Source: Octopus bimaculoides (taxonomy: Eukaryota). From it: a stretch of DNA of 64,000 nucleotides. Below the pieces are notes generated by a model. It did not search any database and was not told the DNA's origin. It worked only from the letters and a program-made list of their open reading frames with translations. Both the position numbers and the translations under genes were made by a program. The DNA is taken from NCBI RefSeq assembly GCF_001194135.2, contig NC_068986.1, positions 59,803,967-59,867,966 of the forward strand, in the 5' to 3' direction. This document shows, in pieces, positions 25,911 to 38,222 of the stretch. The number at the start of each line of letters is the position of its first letter. Position 1 is the stretch's first letter.

Positions 25911-26062
25911 CTATCCTGTCTTTGCAAGGACTTTTGTGTCAGGTGTTTTACTTTGCTTCTTGATGTTGGGTATGTGTCTCAAACACTTTTGATGAAAGTG
26001 CTCAAGTAGCTTGAGATGCCTAAAGTGTACTGTCCATGTTTCAGAAGAGTGCAATAGAACCC
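25911..26062 (-). mobile_element. RTE (BovB-like) LINE C-terminal fragment
   Basis: VLLHSSETWTVHFRHLKLLEHFHQKCLRHIPNIK resembles the LLYGxETWT..L..FHxRCLRxIL motif. Confidence 0.7.
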
Positions 26063-29000
26063 TTAGTACATATATATATATACATACATATATATANNNN
26101 NNNNNNNNNNNNNNNNNNNNNNNNNNNNNNNNNNNNNNNNNNNNNNNNNNNNNNNNNNNNNNNNNNNNNNNNNNNNNNNNNNNNNNNNNNNNNNNNNNNN
26201 NNNNNNNNNNNNNNNNNNNNNNNNNNNNNNNNNNNNNNNNNNNNNNNNNNNNNNNNNNNNNNNNNNNNNNNNNNNNNNNNNNNNNNNNNNNNNNNNNNNN
26301 NNNNNNNNNNNNNNNNNNNNNNNNNNNNNNNNNNNNNNNNNNNNNNNNNNNNNNNNNNNNNNNNNNNNNNNNNNNNNNNNNNNNNNNNNNNNNNNNNNNN
26401 NNNNNNNNNNNNNNNNNNNNNNNNNNNNNNNNNNNNNNNNNNNNNNNNNNNNNNNNNNNNNNNNNNNNNNNNNNNNNNNNNNNNNNNNNNNNNNNNNNNN
26501 NNNNNNNNNNNNNNNNNNNNNNNNNNNNNNNNNNNNNNNNNNNNNNNNNNNNNNNNNNNNNNNNNNNNNNNNNNNNNNNNNNNNNNNNNNNNNNNNNNNN
26601 NNNNNNNNNNNNNNNNNNNNNNNNNNNNNNNNNNNNNNNNNNNNNNNNNNNNNNNNNNNNNNNNNNNNNNNNNNNNNNNNNNNNNNNNNNNNNNNNNNNN
26701 NNNNNNNNNNNNNNNNNNNNNNNNNNNNNNNNNNNNNNNNNNNNNNNNNNNNNNNNNNNNNNNNNNNNNNNNNNNNNNNNNNNNNNNNNNNNATATATAT
26801 AAAGTACAAAAATGAAAATAAAATATTTCATATTGAAGAATACAATCAAATTCTATTTGGGCAATTCATAACTAAAAGATTTGGGAAGGAGTCCAAAAAG
26901 CCACTACTAAAATCTTAGTAGTACTACTAAAATTTTAGTATCACTTTAAATTCTATTTTCCAGTAAGAACTGGTGTATGGAATATTTCTGATAATCTAAA
27001 CTACAAATGGTATGACAAAGCAATCTTAAAGAAATAATGGTCAACAAAAATTGGAGCAGATGGAGTTTACCTTTGGACAAAAATACTGTGACTTTATTTG
27101 TGTAATAATGGTTGCACACATGACAGGCTTCTATCAATTTCCATCTATTAAATCCACTCATAATCTTTGGTCAGCCCGAGGCTATAGTAGAAAACACTTG
27201 CTAAGCAAGGAGCCATGCTTAACTTGGAAACATGTGGTTATGAAACAAACTTTTTACCACACAACAATGATTGCACCTATGTACATATGAAAACATTCTT
27301 ACATACTCATACCATTTCCAATGCATACAAAAAAGAAGATGGAGGGAAAGAAAGGGCAAGCACAAACTCTTGCAGGTGAGGCAGCTCTATCAACAACCAC
27401 TCCAACAAGAACAACACTCCAAGATGCTAGCACAGATATGACAATGACATTGATAATAACAATAATAATAATGACAATGTGTGTGTGTGTGTGTGTGTGT
27501 GAAACATGCAGGTAGGTGTCTGTCATTAGGAATCTTATCTTATAAAAGGATTTTGATCAAGAATTTAATTTAAGCATGAATTTCAATATAGGCAGGCTGC
27601 TATCAATGAAGGGTCAACTAATATGTTTTGATCAGACATAATCTACACTGAAAATCTGAACAGCTTTCAACTTCCTAGCTTTTCATTTGTTCATTGGCAA
27701 AGAATCAAACACTAGAAGTATTGACCATTAAAATAAAATCACAGTTCAAAACAAGCATCTTGCCATTCTTGGCTGCATGTAGCATAATCAAATTATTAAA
27801 CCGACTAGATGATGTGATACTAGATATATTGCATTTTACTTTTAGGGAAGACATATAATTATTAGATTTATAATAATCAGGATGTTTACAAGTATTCATA
27901 AAATAACATTTTACATTTTTTGATTTTTTTCTTTTATGAAATTCAACAAAGTTAAAGAATTTTTGTTTTCTTTGAACTTAAACTTATTAAGGGCTCTTTA
28001 TTTTTAAGAGATTTAACAAGTTTACTTCCCCATAAGTTAATGACTTGAAGTTCAATAGCATTTGTTCTATGACTAAAAATATTCTATGATGAAACACTGA
28101 GGTTTACTAACTACAGGATCTGGAGTTCAAGTATTACTATATACACTGACAGACAAAAAGAATTTTGCTTGATTGATAACCAGTTCTATTTGTAATGGCA
28201 AGCAAGGTATTCAACTGCAAAATCAAATATCCAACATTGTGTAAAATACTTAAATTCACAAAACCTGAAACCCATCATAACTGTGTTGGTCAAAAAATCA
28301 GAAAGCTATATATAATTTTTTTAAAATATTCATTCTATGGATTGAAAAATCGTATTCTTACTCAAAGCACATTTATTTATTAGTTAAAAGTGAAAACCAA
28401 TATACTGCTTCTCAGAAGAGAAAAACATCTAGTATGCTTTGCAAACTATTTCCTTCCCAATCCCACTTTCTTTCCTTTATAAAAATATATACATATTAAT
28501 AATCCAGAGAGCAATCTATTGCTTTAGAATAAGCATGACATAGTATCCTATACATAATTATTATAATTGGAGGACATAGAATTATGGTCCAATATGATAC
28601 CTGGTATTTAATTCTATCAGCAAGGAAATAAAATCTTGATTGACACAGCTTAACAGTCAGTTGGATTACTAACCAAAAACTTAGTGGATCATATTGTCTT
28701 TAACACTACTGTACTGTGTACATGTGCCCTATTCAATAAAGTATAATGCATCATATGTATGTTACCTATGTAAGCTGTAAAAAGACTGTATAGTTGACAA
28801 ACGTTTCATTAGTTTAGAATACCAAAGTTTAAGTCCTTTTGAGACTTGGTCCATGATAGTGGGGCTCACACTGAAGTTCTGTTGGAATTTCAGCAATTAC
28901 TGCATCAAAGGGCCTTAATATTACTCATGAACAAGAGGTTGTGAAGATAGTAAAATAATAAAATGTGTACTTTTTAGCAGCCTGGAATTCATTCAGTAAT

Positions 29001-29489
29001 ATATAGTCTCAAGTAATATTTTCTTAAATTTTAGGTAAATAATGTTGCTTTCTTATAAAAAAGTGAAATTAAAAACTATTCCCACATATTCTAAAACTTT
29101 CCAGACAGTTTTTTTGTTAAGAATATTAAGATTTGTTAGACTTTCATTTCATGGGAGATATTCAAAGATTTTATCATCACTGTGAATAATCATTTTAGTA
29201 TTAAAATGATTTTTTAGAGAAAAAAAACATGAATAAATAGAATAATCATTATAAAACATTACTTTCCCGAAATATTAATCAGTAATCTGTGACAATTCAG
29301 AAAACATTAATAAATTATTCATTGTAACAGATGCTACAGAATCATTACTTGAAGAAGTGAAAGAAATACATTCTAGCAGTGTTTATTGCTTCGTTCTATT
29401 TCGATCTAATTTGGAAATAGCAATTTCATTGGTTACTCTGATTGATAAGCTTGATGCTTATTAAAACTCTAATTACTGTTGTGGCGTTT

Positions 29490-29503
29490 GTTACCATGGA
29501 AAC
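29490..29503. promoter_or_regulatory. RFX X-box motif GTTACCATGGAAAC
   Basis: Near-perfect palindromic X-box in non-repetitive sequence. Confidence 0.55.
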
Positions 29504-29999
29504 TGTATTGAAACAAAAGACAATTATTGTATATTTATAAACATTGCTAATGTCACTAACCACTTCAAGTTGGTGTAGAATCTTTCTAAAGAATAACATA
29601 AATTAAAAAAAGGAAACTATTACATATTACTAGGACAGCCATGAGGAGCAATGTTGAACAAGATATAAAGCTCTGTGTAAACCAAAGTATTTCCATGTGC
29701 AGTCATCAAACTGAATAAAATTCTTTGTACATATTAAAATTGTAAATAATGAAAACAAATTTTTATCTGTGGATAGTGTGTTTTTGTGTGTGTGTCATTC
29801 TTGTGTATGTACCTTGTGATTTTTCTAGTTCAACAGATCTTCTGTCTGAATATTGGTGTCTTCTTATTGCTTCAAGTTTGTTGGAGTTGCTTCTGTCCTC
29901 ATTATTGAACACTCATATGTTATTTTCAATGGGAGACCTATGTGTGTGTATGTGTGTATACATGTGGTGTGTATAAGTATGTATGTATATATGTAAATA

Positions 30000-30048
<49 letters not shown>

Positions 30049-30112
30049 GTGTGTGTGTGTTCGAAACCAAAATTCAAAAGTGCGTTATTGAAATTTGATT
30101 ATATGTAACTAC

Positions 30113-30151
30113 TTGTGAGATAATATCAAAGAATTCCCAGTAAGAAAATTC
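30113..30151 (-). CDS. Candidate 39-nt exon, phase 0-0: EFSYWEFFDIISQ
   Basis: Very strong acceptor tttatattgtatttctttctcttctcag. The donor gtagtt is weak and the phase-2 frame also stays open to it; phase 0 was chosen to fit the 35.4 kb candidate. Confidence 0.3.
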
Positions 30152-31554
30152 CTGAGAAGAGAAAGAAATACAATATAAAGTATTACCATATTTTTGTAAT
30201 CCATCTGAGTTGTGAATATCAACTCTTCTTAACAATTCCATTGAAGTAAAAAATAAACACAGACTTGAGTAGATCAAAGATGCTTTTACTAAAGGACTAG
30301 AATATCAAACTGTCAGGAATTTTTGTGTGTGGGACTAAACCCGCACCTTATCCTGTAGCAAAGGAAAAGAGGAGTACTTGAAATGCCAGAAGGAAATGAA
30401 GTATATGACAAAATCACTGGCTTATGGGAAAGGAAAAGCAAAATAAACTAATTGTTAGTATTGTTTTGCTACTAAACTTTGATTCTGGATTCTCTTTCAA
30501 CTAATAGAAATTAGCCTATAATGTTGTAAGTTACTCATCATTATATATAATCTAGCTTTGTAGTGTCTTCAGATTTTCAGCTATGTTTCAATAAACTAGT
30601 GTCTTGCATAACATAAAAATGGACAAGTGGAAAAGAAACAGGAAGACATGAAACATTTTGTAGTTGCTTTGGCTTTGTAACTTTTACATTTTAGACAAGA
30701 CACATCATTTACATTTCAAAAGCATTGCACTAAATAAGGACTAGGATATAAAAAAAAATATCCTTCTATTCATATGATCAGTTTGAAGAGTAGGTCAATG
30801 ACTTTATTATAATATAAACTCTTCTAGAGTGAGGTGTATGGTAAATGAGTTAGTTAGTGGAGTTAACATTCAATTTGAATTGCTACTGGATAGTGGTGTA
30901 GTTCCAGGATGAAGGATGATGGAGTATGTTTAATATTGGGTTTGTAATTTCTTTTTCACTTTTGACAAAGCATCAGAAAATTAAATCAAAATAAAATCTT
31001 TAACCAAAATAATGATTCTCTTTTATGTAGAATTAAAATGGCTAAGTAAGTGGGGTATTGATATACCAACTCAAAGCTCTTTAGTTCAGTTCTACTGCAG
31101 ATATTTTCTTATGCATTTGGTCAATGAACTGAATTGTGCACTGCCCAGTTCAGCTATTTGCTGAGAATAGAAAACTTAAAACATCATCTACATTAACACT
31201 ACCACCTGTCCCTTGGGTACCATTAGTGGAGTCCACTTTACTACCAGAGTCCAGGCTAGTACTTCATCTAAGAACCACTTCCTCTCTTCCTTTGACCTGT
31301 GTTGAAAGCCCTTCAAAAGGGTCATGGTTGCTGCACTTACTCATCTGACTAAGTCATACAAAATAAACAAAAAATATTTTGGAACGTTAACATCATTCTG
31401 CCAAGGAGGAGATTTAACTTAATACTAGGAAATTGGAATCAAGCACCATCCTTAAAAGCTCCATGGGGATAAAAGGACAATAACATTTACTATCTAACTG
31501 TTAGAGAAAGTAGAGTTAATCATTGAACCTTTGAATTTCTGAGAATTGATTGGT

Positions 31555-31915
31555 TCCAGGTTCAGGCCCACTGCCTAACATCCTGGGCAAGTGTCTTCTA
31601 CTGTAGCCTCAGGCTGGCCAAAGACTTGTGAGTGGATTTGGCAGACAGAAACTGAAAGAAACCCATCGTGTATGCGCACACACATGCACATATATGTGTC
31701 TCTGTGTCTGTGTTTGTCCCCCACCACTGCATGACAACCAGTGTTGGTGTGTTGGTATCCCTATAACTTAGCAGTTCAGCAAAAGAACCCAACAGAATAA
31801 GAACTAATTTAAAAAACACCAAAAAAATCTGGAGTTGATCTCATTCGACTAAAATTCTTCAAGATGGTTCCAAGCATAGTCACAGTCTAATGAGTGAAAC
31901 AAGTGAAATAAGAGA
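31555..31915 (+). mobile_element. Family A SINE
   Basis: Body cctgggcaagtgtcttctactgtagcc plus the standard tail. Confidence 0.8.
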
Positions 31916-31934
31916 AAAAAATTAATTTATCTTT

Positions 31935-32170
31935 GATTTACATTATTTACATTATTTACATTTGACGGATATTCGTCCTCATCTTTTTTGTTGTTAACAC
32001 AACGTTTCGGCTGATATACCCTCCAGCCTTTGTCAGGTGTCTTGGGGAAATTTCGAACCTGGGTTCTCATTCCTATCGATGTTACTATTATTATTATTAT
32101 ATTATTATTATTATTATTATTAATCAGGTCGCTGCCGTGAATCGAACTCAGAACCTTGAGGTTAGTAGCC
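31935..32170 (-). mobile_element. Family C SINE: tRNA-like head, (AAT)n and hammerhead-containing tail
   Basis: Minus strand has a B-box gagttcgattc, (AAT)n, then acac-ctgacaa-a-ggctg...cagcc-gaaac-gtt-gtgt and a (tgtaaataa)n tail. Confidence 0.8.
31997..32040 (-). ncRNA. Minimal hammerhead motif with a core mutation (CUGACAA)
   Basis: Stem I ACAC/GTGT, stem II GGCTG/CAGCC and GAAAC-GTT. G8 is replaced by A. Confidence 0.65.
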
Positions 32171-32171
32171 T

Positions 32172-32435
32172 TGGGCGTAGTGGTTAAGAGTGTGGNNNNN
32201 NNNNNNNNNNNNNNNNNNNNNNNNNNNNNNNNNNNNNNNNNNNNNNNNNNNNNNNNNNNNNNNNNNNNNNNNNNNNNNNNNNNNNNNNNGAGCGTGGGCT
32301 ACTAACCCCAAGGTTCCGAGTTCGATTCACGGCAGCGACCTGATTAATAATAATAATAATAATAATATAATAATAATAATAGTAACATCGATAGGAATGT
32401 AAATAATGTAAATAATTCCTCATCTCTTAAACTGT
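32172..32435 (+). mobile_element. Inverted partner copy of the family C SINE, hammerhead segment deleted
   Basis: Begins gcgtagtggttaagag, spans an N gap and is near-identical to 32066-32170 in reverse. It jumps from aggaatg straight to the taaataatg tail. Confidence 0.7.
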
Positions 32436-34849
32436 ATCTTTGATTTAGTTACTAAAATATTGGATCAGCATTTTATCTTGACTCCAACTGAATTTCTTAC
32501 ATAAAAGCTAATTGATGTTTTTATACTAATAAATGCTAACTTAGGCATGAATATTGATGATATGTGACAAAATTGATTCGATACTTGGTAAATTGATTAG
32601 ATGAAGTACATGAACAGTTTGCTGGCATTATCTGAGTGGACAGGGTTGGGAACACAGTGTTAATTAAGGCAGACAGGGTATTTGGTGTTACTGAAGGTAT
32701 ACAAACAACTTGCTATTATCTGAAGTGGATATAATACCTAACATTGATTTCTTATTACCCAGAGACAAACCCCATTTAAAACTTAGCCAGTGTTTTCATT
32801 ATGTTAATCTTGGTATATTTTTGACACTTATTTTATGAAAGCACTGACTAAATTTTTAACTTTATCCAAACAAAATTTGTACTTAGAAATGAAAAGAATG
32901 ATTCTGGCTAAATACATTTGATCTACCACTGTTTCAGTAGAATAAAATGCTCTCATAGAGATTAATATTAACATGTAATAGACTGAAAATACTGGATGCA
33001 TTTTTCTATAATGACAAATGTTTAGAGATCACATATACTGTTAGTAGTGGAAGAGAAAATCAACAGGCTCTTCATTTGATATTTATAGGTGTAACTCAAT
33101 GAAGCAAAAATGTTATGCACACATACAGGTAGAGTTTCTTCAAAGCAAAAGTTAATTTAAATATGTTAGACTGAACAAGAAACCCAGTCAAGATTCAATA
33201 CCACTGTGTGGCACCTTGGATAAGTGTCTTGTACTATAGTCTTAGATTAAACAATACCTTGTGAGTAGAATTGGGTAGATTGAAACAGTGAAGAAGCCTG
33301 TCATGTCATATGTGTGTGTGTTTATGTTGTCCCCCTTTATGCTCTTTCATTTAACACTTTACCAAATAGAGAGTGATAAAATAAGTACTGGTTTGGAAAC
33401 AGTACTGAAGTTGACATGACTAAACCATTAAAGGCAATGTTTCAGAAAAAGAATAAAGAGTTATAACAGCCTAAATTTCATTATTGTCCAGCACAAGATA
33501 ATAAACATCTATAGTAATATAAGTCACTATGTTGAACACCGAAGAGGGGAAACAGAATTAATTCTTAGTTTTAAATGTGTTTTATATGTAAGTGGGGTAA
33601 AGCGATTTATGGAATTCAACAAAGAGGGATAGAGAATTAGAGAGGATTACATTTGAATAAATCAACAATGATATTAGGGATTCCAATTGAGAAGATATGG
33701 GGATTTGTCTCTGTATTTATGACCAGGAAAGGATTATGTACAAAATATAAAAAGATAATGTAAATGAGGTCTTCATTTGAAGAATGTAAGTGATAATCAG
33801 CATATTAGTGTTAATGAACTAAGTAAGCTAAATAACTTATTGAATATTTTTTTGCCTTTGTGTGTTGTAGCTATGGTATATCAGCTTGATTGAGATAAGT
33901 TGCATGAAGCAACACACATAACTATTTTTAACACAGCATGGCGAGTTAAGAAAATATCCATACACTAGGCTCACAGTTAATAAATGTGAGTTATGGAGAA
34001 CATGAAATATTTTTACTATTAGCTGAACTGGGCCAATTGAAAGTTAAGTGAGTCAGTCCTCAACATGAGATACAACCTTTTTGTTATGGATATAATTTCA
34101 ATTGATTAGAAGTTCATTTTGGTTCACCGTTTCAAGTATGTTCAGGTCTGCTTAACTATATAAAGAAACAAAGCTTTGTGAAACACTAAACTTTTCCTGA
34201 TCATGTTTCTAATGAAATATACTATGGATGGATTTAATAAAATAACTAAATTTGTCATTATGAAGTTAATGTTTGGAATATAATTTCACTAGAAAGGTTC
34301 TTACCAAAAAATAAGAGGTTTCAATGTAGATATGAAACACCTTGAGATAAAAAGTTTGGTATCAAAACTAAAGATACTCTCAGGTGGGCTGATAATCAAG
34401 AATTTAAGAAACTTTTATGAAGCTTTATACAGCAGCCTTTAACTTACAGATATATTTTAATCTGAAAATCTGGCAATAATTAGAGTATGAAATATTTTTA
34501 CTACGCTATTTTAGATGAAATATATATAACTATTTGAAGCTATCTCATGATGAGGACATAAAATACCATCATGGCTATGAAGTGTACACATATGTACTAG
34601 AGAGAGGATATGAATTGAGTAATAGGTTAAAAACAGGATATTCTATCTAATGCTACTACTAGAATGTAAGCTAGAAAGTGGTTCAAATATGTTCTTAGTG
34701 AAAGCATATTTTGTTTAGTGAAAGTATATTTTGCATTCTTTTAAGAAATGAAATTATTTTTCAATATGTTTCAACAATTCAGTCTGTAATACATTGATTA
34801 CTTATAGGTACTTGATATCAATAGAATATTTTGTATTCATTAAAATCCT

Positions 34850-35021
34850 GAGACAACTGAACCAGGTGGTCCCAAGGCGGACAACTCGTGTGGAACTGAA
34901 GGCAGCTTTCCTCAGGGTGTGGGCACAGGTTTCAATGGCTTTTGTGAACTGCCTTATGTACTCCATGTACCAATGGTGTATGACTGTTTTGAACACCCAC
35001 GGAGAGCATACACGGTATTGA
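34850..35021 (+). mobile_element. Tc1-family transposase C-terminal remnant
   Basis: ELKAAFLRVWAQVSMAFVNCLMYSMYQWCMTVLNTHGEHTRY* matches the Tc1 ending ...L..SM..RC.AV...GGHTRY. Confidence 0.7.
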
Positions 35022-35369
35022 ACATATCACGCCCTACAATATCGATGTGCTGGATCCGCCCACTACCAGAACACATGACAATGACTCATAGACTGTGGTC
35101 AAAGTGCATCCAAGAAATTGACTTTATCAGATTTATCAAAATTTTTCTCTGACATAATGAAATTAAAACATATTTCACAGTCACACACAGTTGACTGATT
35201 TGTGCTAGTAGATCACCCGATTGAGAAAAATAGCTTTATTTAGTTCATTCAGAGTTGCCTCTCTTAGGTACATCTCATCAACAAGAGTCAATAAACTCGA
35301 AACATTAATGTTTGAGAATCCTGAGAGATGGTGACACTGAATGAACTGGGTGTTTTCACACCATTTTAC

Positions 35370-35455
35370 CTTAAAAGAGATTCTTTTCTCCATGGTAACT
35401 GCAGTGTATTTGTCTTTAGCAGTTGAAATATGTGACAAACATATTTCAACTATAC
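35370..35455 (-). CDS. Candidate exon, phase 1-0: (x)IVEICLSHISTAKDKYTAVTMEKRISFK
   Basis: Acceptor ccttgtctgtctttcag and donor AAG|gtaaaa. Only one frame is open over 86 nt. Confidence 0.45.
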
Positions 35456-35599
35456 CTGAAAGACAGACAAGGTGATCGGAACTGGGATGCATTTGATCGT
35501 GTTGGTTTAGTTAGGCAGATTTGTGGGTGTGGGATAGGACTGAATAAATTCAGCAACGACAAGAACAACAAACACAGCCTACATTATCATCATCATCAT

Positions 35600-36365
35600 C
35601 GTCGTTTAACGTCCGCTTTCCATGCTAGCATGGGTTGTACGGTTTGACTGAGGACTGGTGAAACCAGATGGCTACACCAGGCTCCAATCTGATTTGGCAG
35701 AGTTTCTACAGCTGGATGCCCTTCCTAACGCCAACCACTCCGAGAGTGTAGTAGGTGCTTTTACGTGCCACCTGCACGAAGGCCAGTCAGGCAGCACTGG
35801 CAACGGCCACGCTCNNNNNNNNNNNNNNNNNNNNNNNNNNNNNNNNNNNNNNNNNNNNNNNNNNNNNNNNNNNNNNNNNNNNNNNNNNNNNNNNNNNNNN
35901 NNNNNNNNNNNNNNNNNNNNNNNNNNNNNNNNNNNNNNNNNNNNNNNNNNNNNNNNNNNNNNNNNNNNNNNNNNNNNNNNNNNNNNNNNNNNNNNNNNNN
36001 NNNNNNNNNNNNNNNNNNNNNNNNNNNNNNNNNNNNNNNNNNNNNNNNNNNNNNNNNNNNNNNNNNNNNNNNNNNNNNNNNNNNNNNNNNNNNNNNNNNN
36101 NNNNNNNNNNNNNNNNNNNNNNNNNNNNNNNCACTTGCCTCAACAGGTCTTCGCGAGCGGAGTTTAGTGTCCAATGAAGGAAGGTACGTATAAGTGGGCT
36201 GCCTGAGGCCTTCGATTTAGGTCTCACTTGGCTTGCCTGGTCTTCTCACGCACAGCATATTTCCAAAGGTCTCGATCAGATCATCACCTCGGTAAGGCCC
36301 AATGTTCAAAGGTCGTGCCTCACCACCTCATCCCAGGTCTTCTTGAGCCTACCTCTTCCACAAGT
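35600..36365 (-). mobile_element. RTE LINE 3' end fragment (contains an N gap)
   Basis: (GAT)n tail, 3' UTR and GRPRKTWDEVV-type terminus, homologous to 50.1-50.9 kb. Confidence 0.85.
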
Positions 36366-37775
36366 ATGAAATGATTACATTAACTCATCATTTATGTCAT
36401 CAATAGTATACTTATTTTTGATATAGCTTTGTTTTGACTCATGATATCCTGTGAATGCATGCTACTGAAATTACCTGTTTCTACATGAGATTTCTGTGCA
36501 ACATGTATTAGGTAATATGAAATTCAATAATAACTGACTTAATAAACAATATCAGAAATTTCTTGAAACTTCTTAAATAAATGTGTGCATATGTATATAT
36601 ATGTGTGTGTGTTTGTGTACATACATGCACATGAATATGAGAGTGTGCACATGAATGTGTGTGTGTGAATATGAATATGTATGTAGGCATAAATATGTGA
36701 TTGTGTGTATACACATACACACATTCATACATTATATGTGTGTGTGTGTGTGTGTGTATGTATTATTTTAGCTGATTCCGTTTAAGCAGATGGTAGCTCT
36801 TACTGTAAAGTGCTCTCAGATATATGCAAACTGATATGAATACTTAATAGGAAATAATATATCCGGTATTCATCTGACATTATAAAAGTAACATTTGTTT
36901 ACTTATATCCTAGTCTATTTACTTATATTCTTCCAGTTTATTTTTATTTCTCAACATTGTTTCAATGTTGTGCCACTGGTTTTATAGATGATTGTCTTGG
37001 AAAGTGGATTCAGTACTGCGCAACACTTTATTTGTCCTAACCAAATTCCTCCACAGGAACTTTTTAGGCTCTTGGAACATTTGCATGGACTTACTTAGTC
37101 AATGAAGTGGTCTTATTTGGTCATGAGTTGACTTCCAGTATGTATACATATATATATATATATANNNNNNNNNNNNNNNNNNNNNNNNNNNNNNNNNNNN
37201 NNNNNNNNNNNNNNNNNNNNNNNNNNNNNNNNNNNNNNNNNNNNNNNNNNNNNNNNNNNNNNNNNNNNNNNNNNNNNNNNNNNNNNNNNNNNNNNNNNNN
37301 NNNNNTATATACAGTACATCGCAGAGTTTTCTGGCTAATATATGTAAATTTATATCATGGACTCCTCAGTATATAGCAGGTTTCTGTGTCTGATAGCTAT
37401 TTATATTTTTTTTTGATTTTAATTATTTCTGTGGTAAAATAAACATTTTCACACTTAAAAATTAACAAATTAATAATTAAAATACAGTACTGTACTGCAC
37501 TGTATAACACATTAATTAAAATATATTAAAAGAAAATACATAACATACCATGGATGAGTAAATAAAGAATTGCACATACTGTATGGAAAATGAAGCTCAG
37601 GATGCAAGCGTGCGGTGCTGTTTTGCATTTATAATAAAATAAATATATACAAATTATAAAAATAATTAAAAAGAATATACGGTACAGCACTTTTCTACTT
37701 TGCAGATTTTCAGCTATTGCAGTGGGAATTGGAATGTAACACCTGCGATATTTTAGGTATTACTGTATATATATA

Positions 37776-37942
37776 TAATTAGATGAAGATGGTTATGGTA
37801 TTTCTATGGGGTTACCCTGGGTTTCACATCCATAAAGCACTTAGCTTTACAGCGTTTCATCAAAGCCATAAAGCTAAGCACTTTATGGATGTGAAACCCA
37901 GGGTAACCCCATAGACTGGCCATAACCATCTTTATCTAATTA
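37776..37942. repeat. Fold-back inverted repeat (74-bp arms, 19-nt loop), MITE-like
   Basis: Arms 37776-37849 and 37869-37942 match at 67/74 positions by manual alignment, with TA at both ends. Confidence 0.85.
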
Positions 37943-37999
37943 CTCTACTGCTTTATAACATAGAGTATGCCTTTCTATTGGTTTTATAACTTACTGATG

Positions 38000-38046
<47 letters not shown>

Positions 38047-38052
38047 CATTAA

Positions 38053-38222
38053 AGGAACAGGAAAGCAAAACCAAGGCAGAATGAGCATCTCAGGTCATAT
38101 CAAAAAGGGAGAATCAAAAAAGGAGAATTACTTTTACTTCTTTTTTGATTCACCTTACTCTAACTGAATATTTTAAATGACCTGAGATGCTCATCCTACC
38201 TTAGTTTTGTTTTCATTTTCCT
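38053..38222. mobile_element. Kolobok-like MITE with TTAA target duplication
   Basis: TTAA|AGG...CCT|TTAA, with about 50-bp imperfect TIRs containing atgagcatctcaggtcat and an internal second hairpin. Confidence 0.7.

Noticed and set aside
23816-26849. Long ORFs at 23.8-24.4 and 25.9-26.8 kb (likewise 35.7-36.2, 37.1 and 38.7 kb)
   Set aside because: They run through N gaps and microsatellites, so they are artefacts of the ORF caller.
32172-32340. tRNA gene-like sequences in SINE heads
   Set aside because: Only A/B boxes and an anticodon-like arm are present, running into SINE bodies. No complete cloverleaf was found.
35385-35399. Third X-box-like sequence GTTACCATGGAGAA
   Set aside because: Only one half-site matches, and it lies within a coding-exon candidate.
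37093-37140. Perfect minus-strand donor gtaagt and a strong plus-strand acceptor near 37058
   Set aside because: All frames close within a few codons on both strands.
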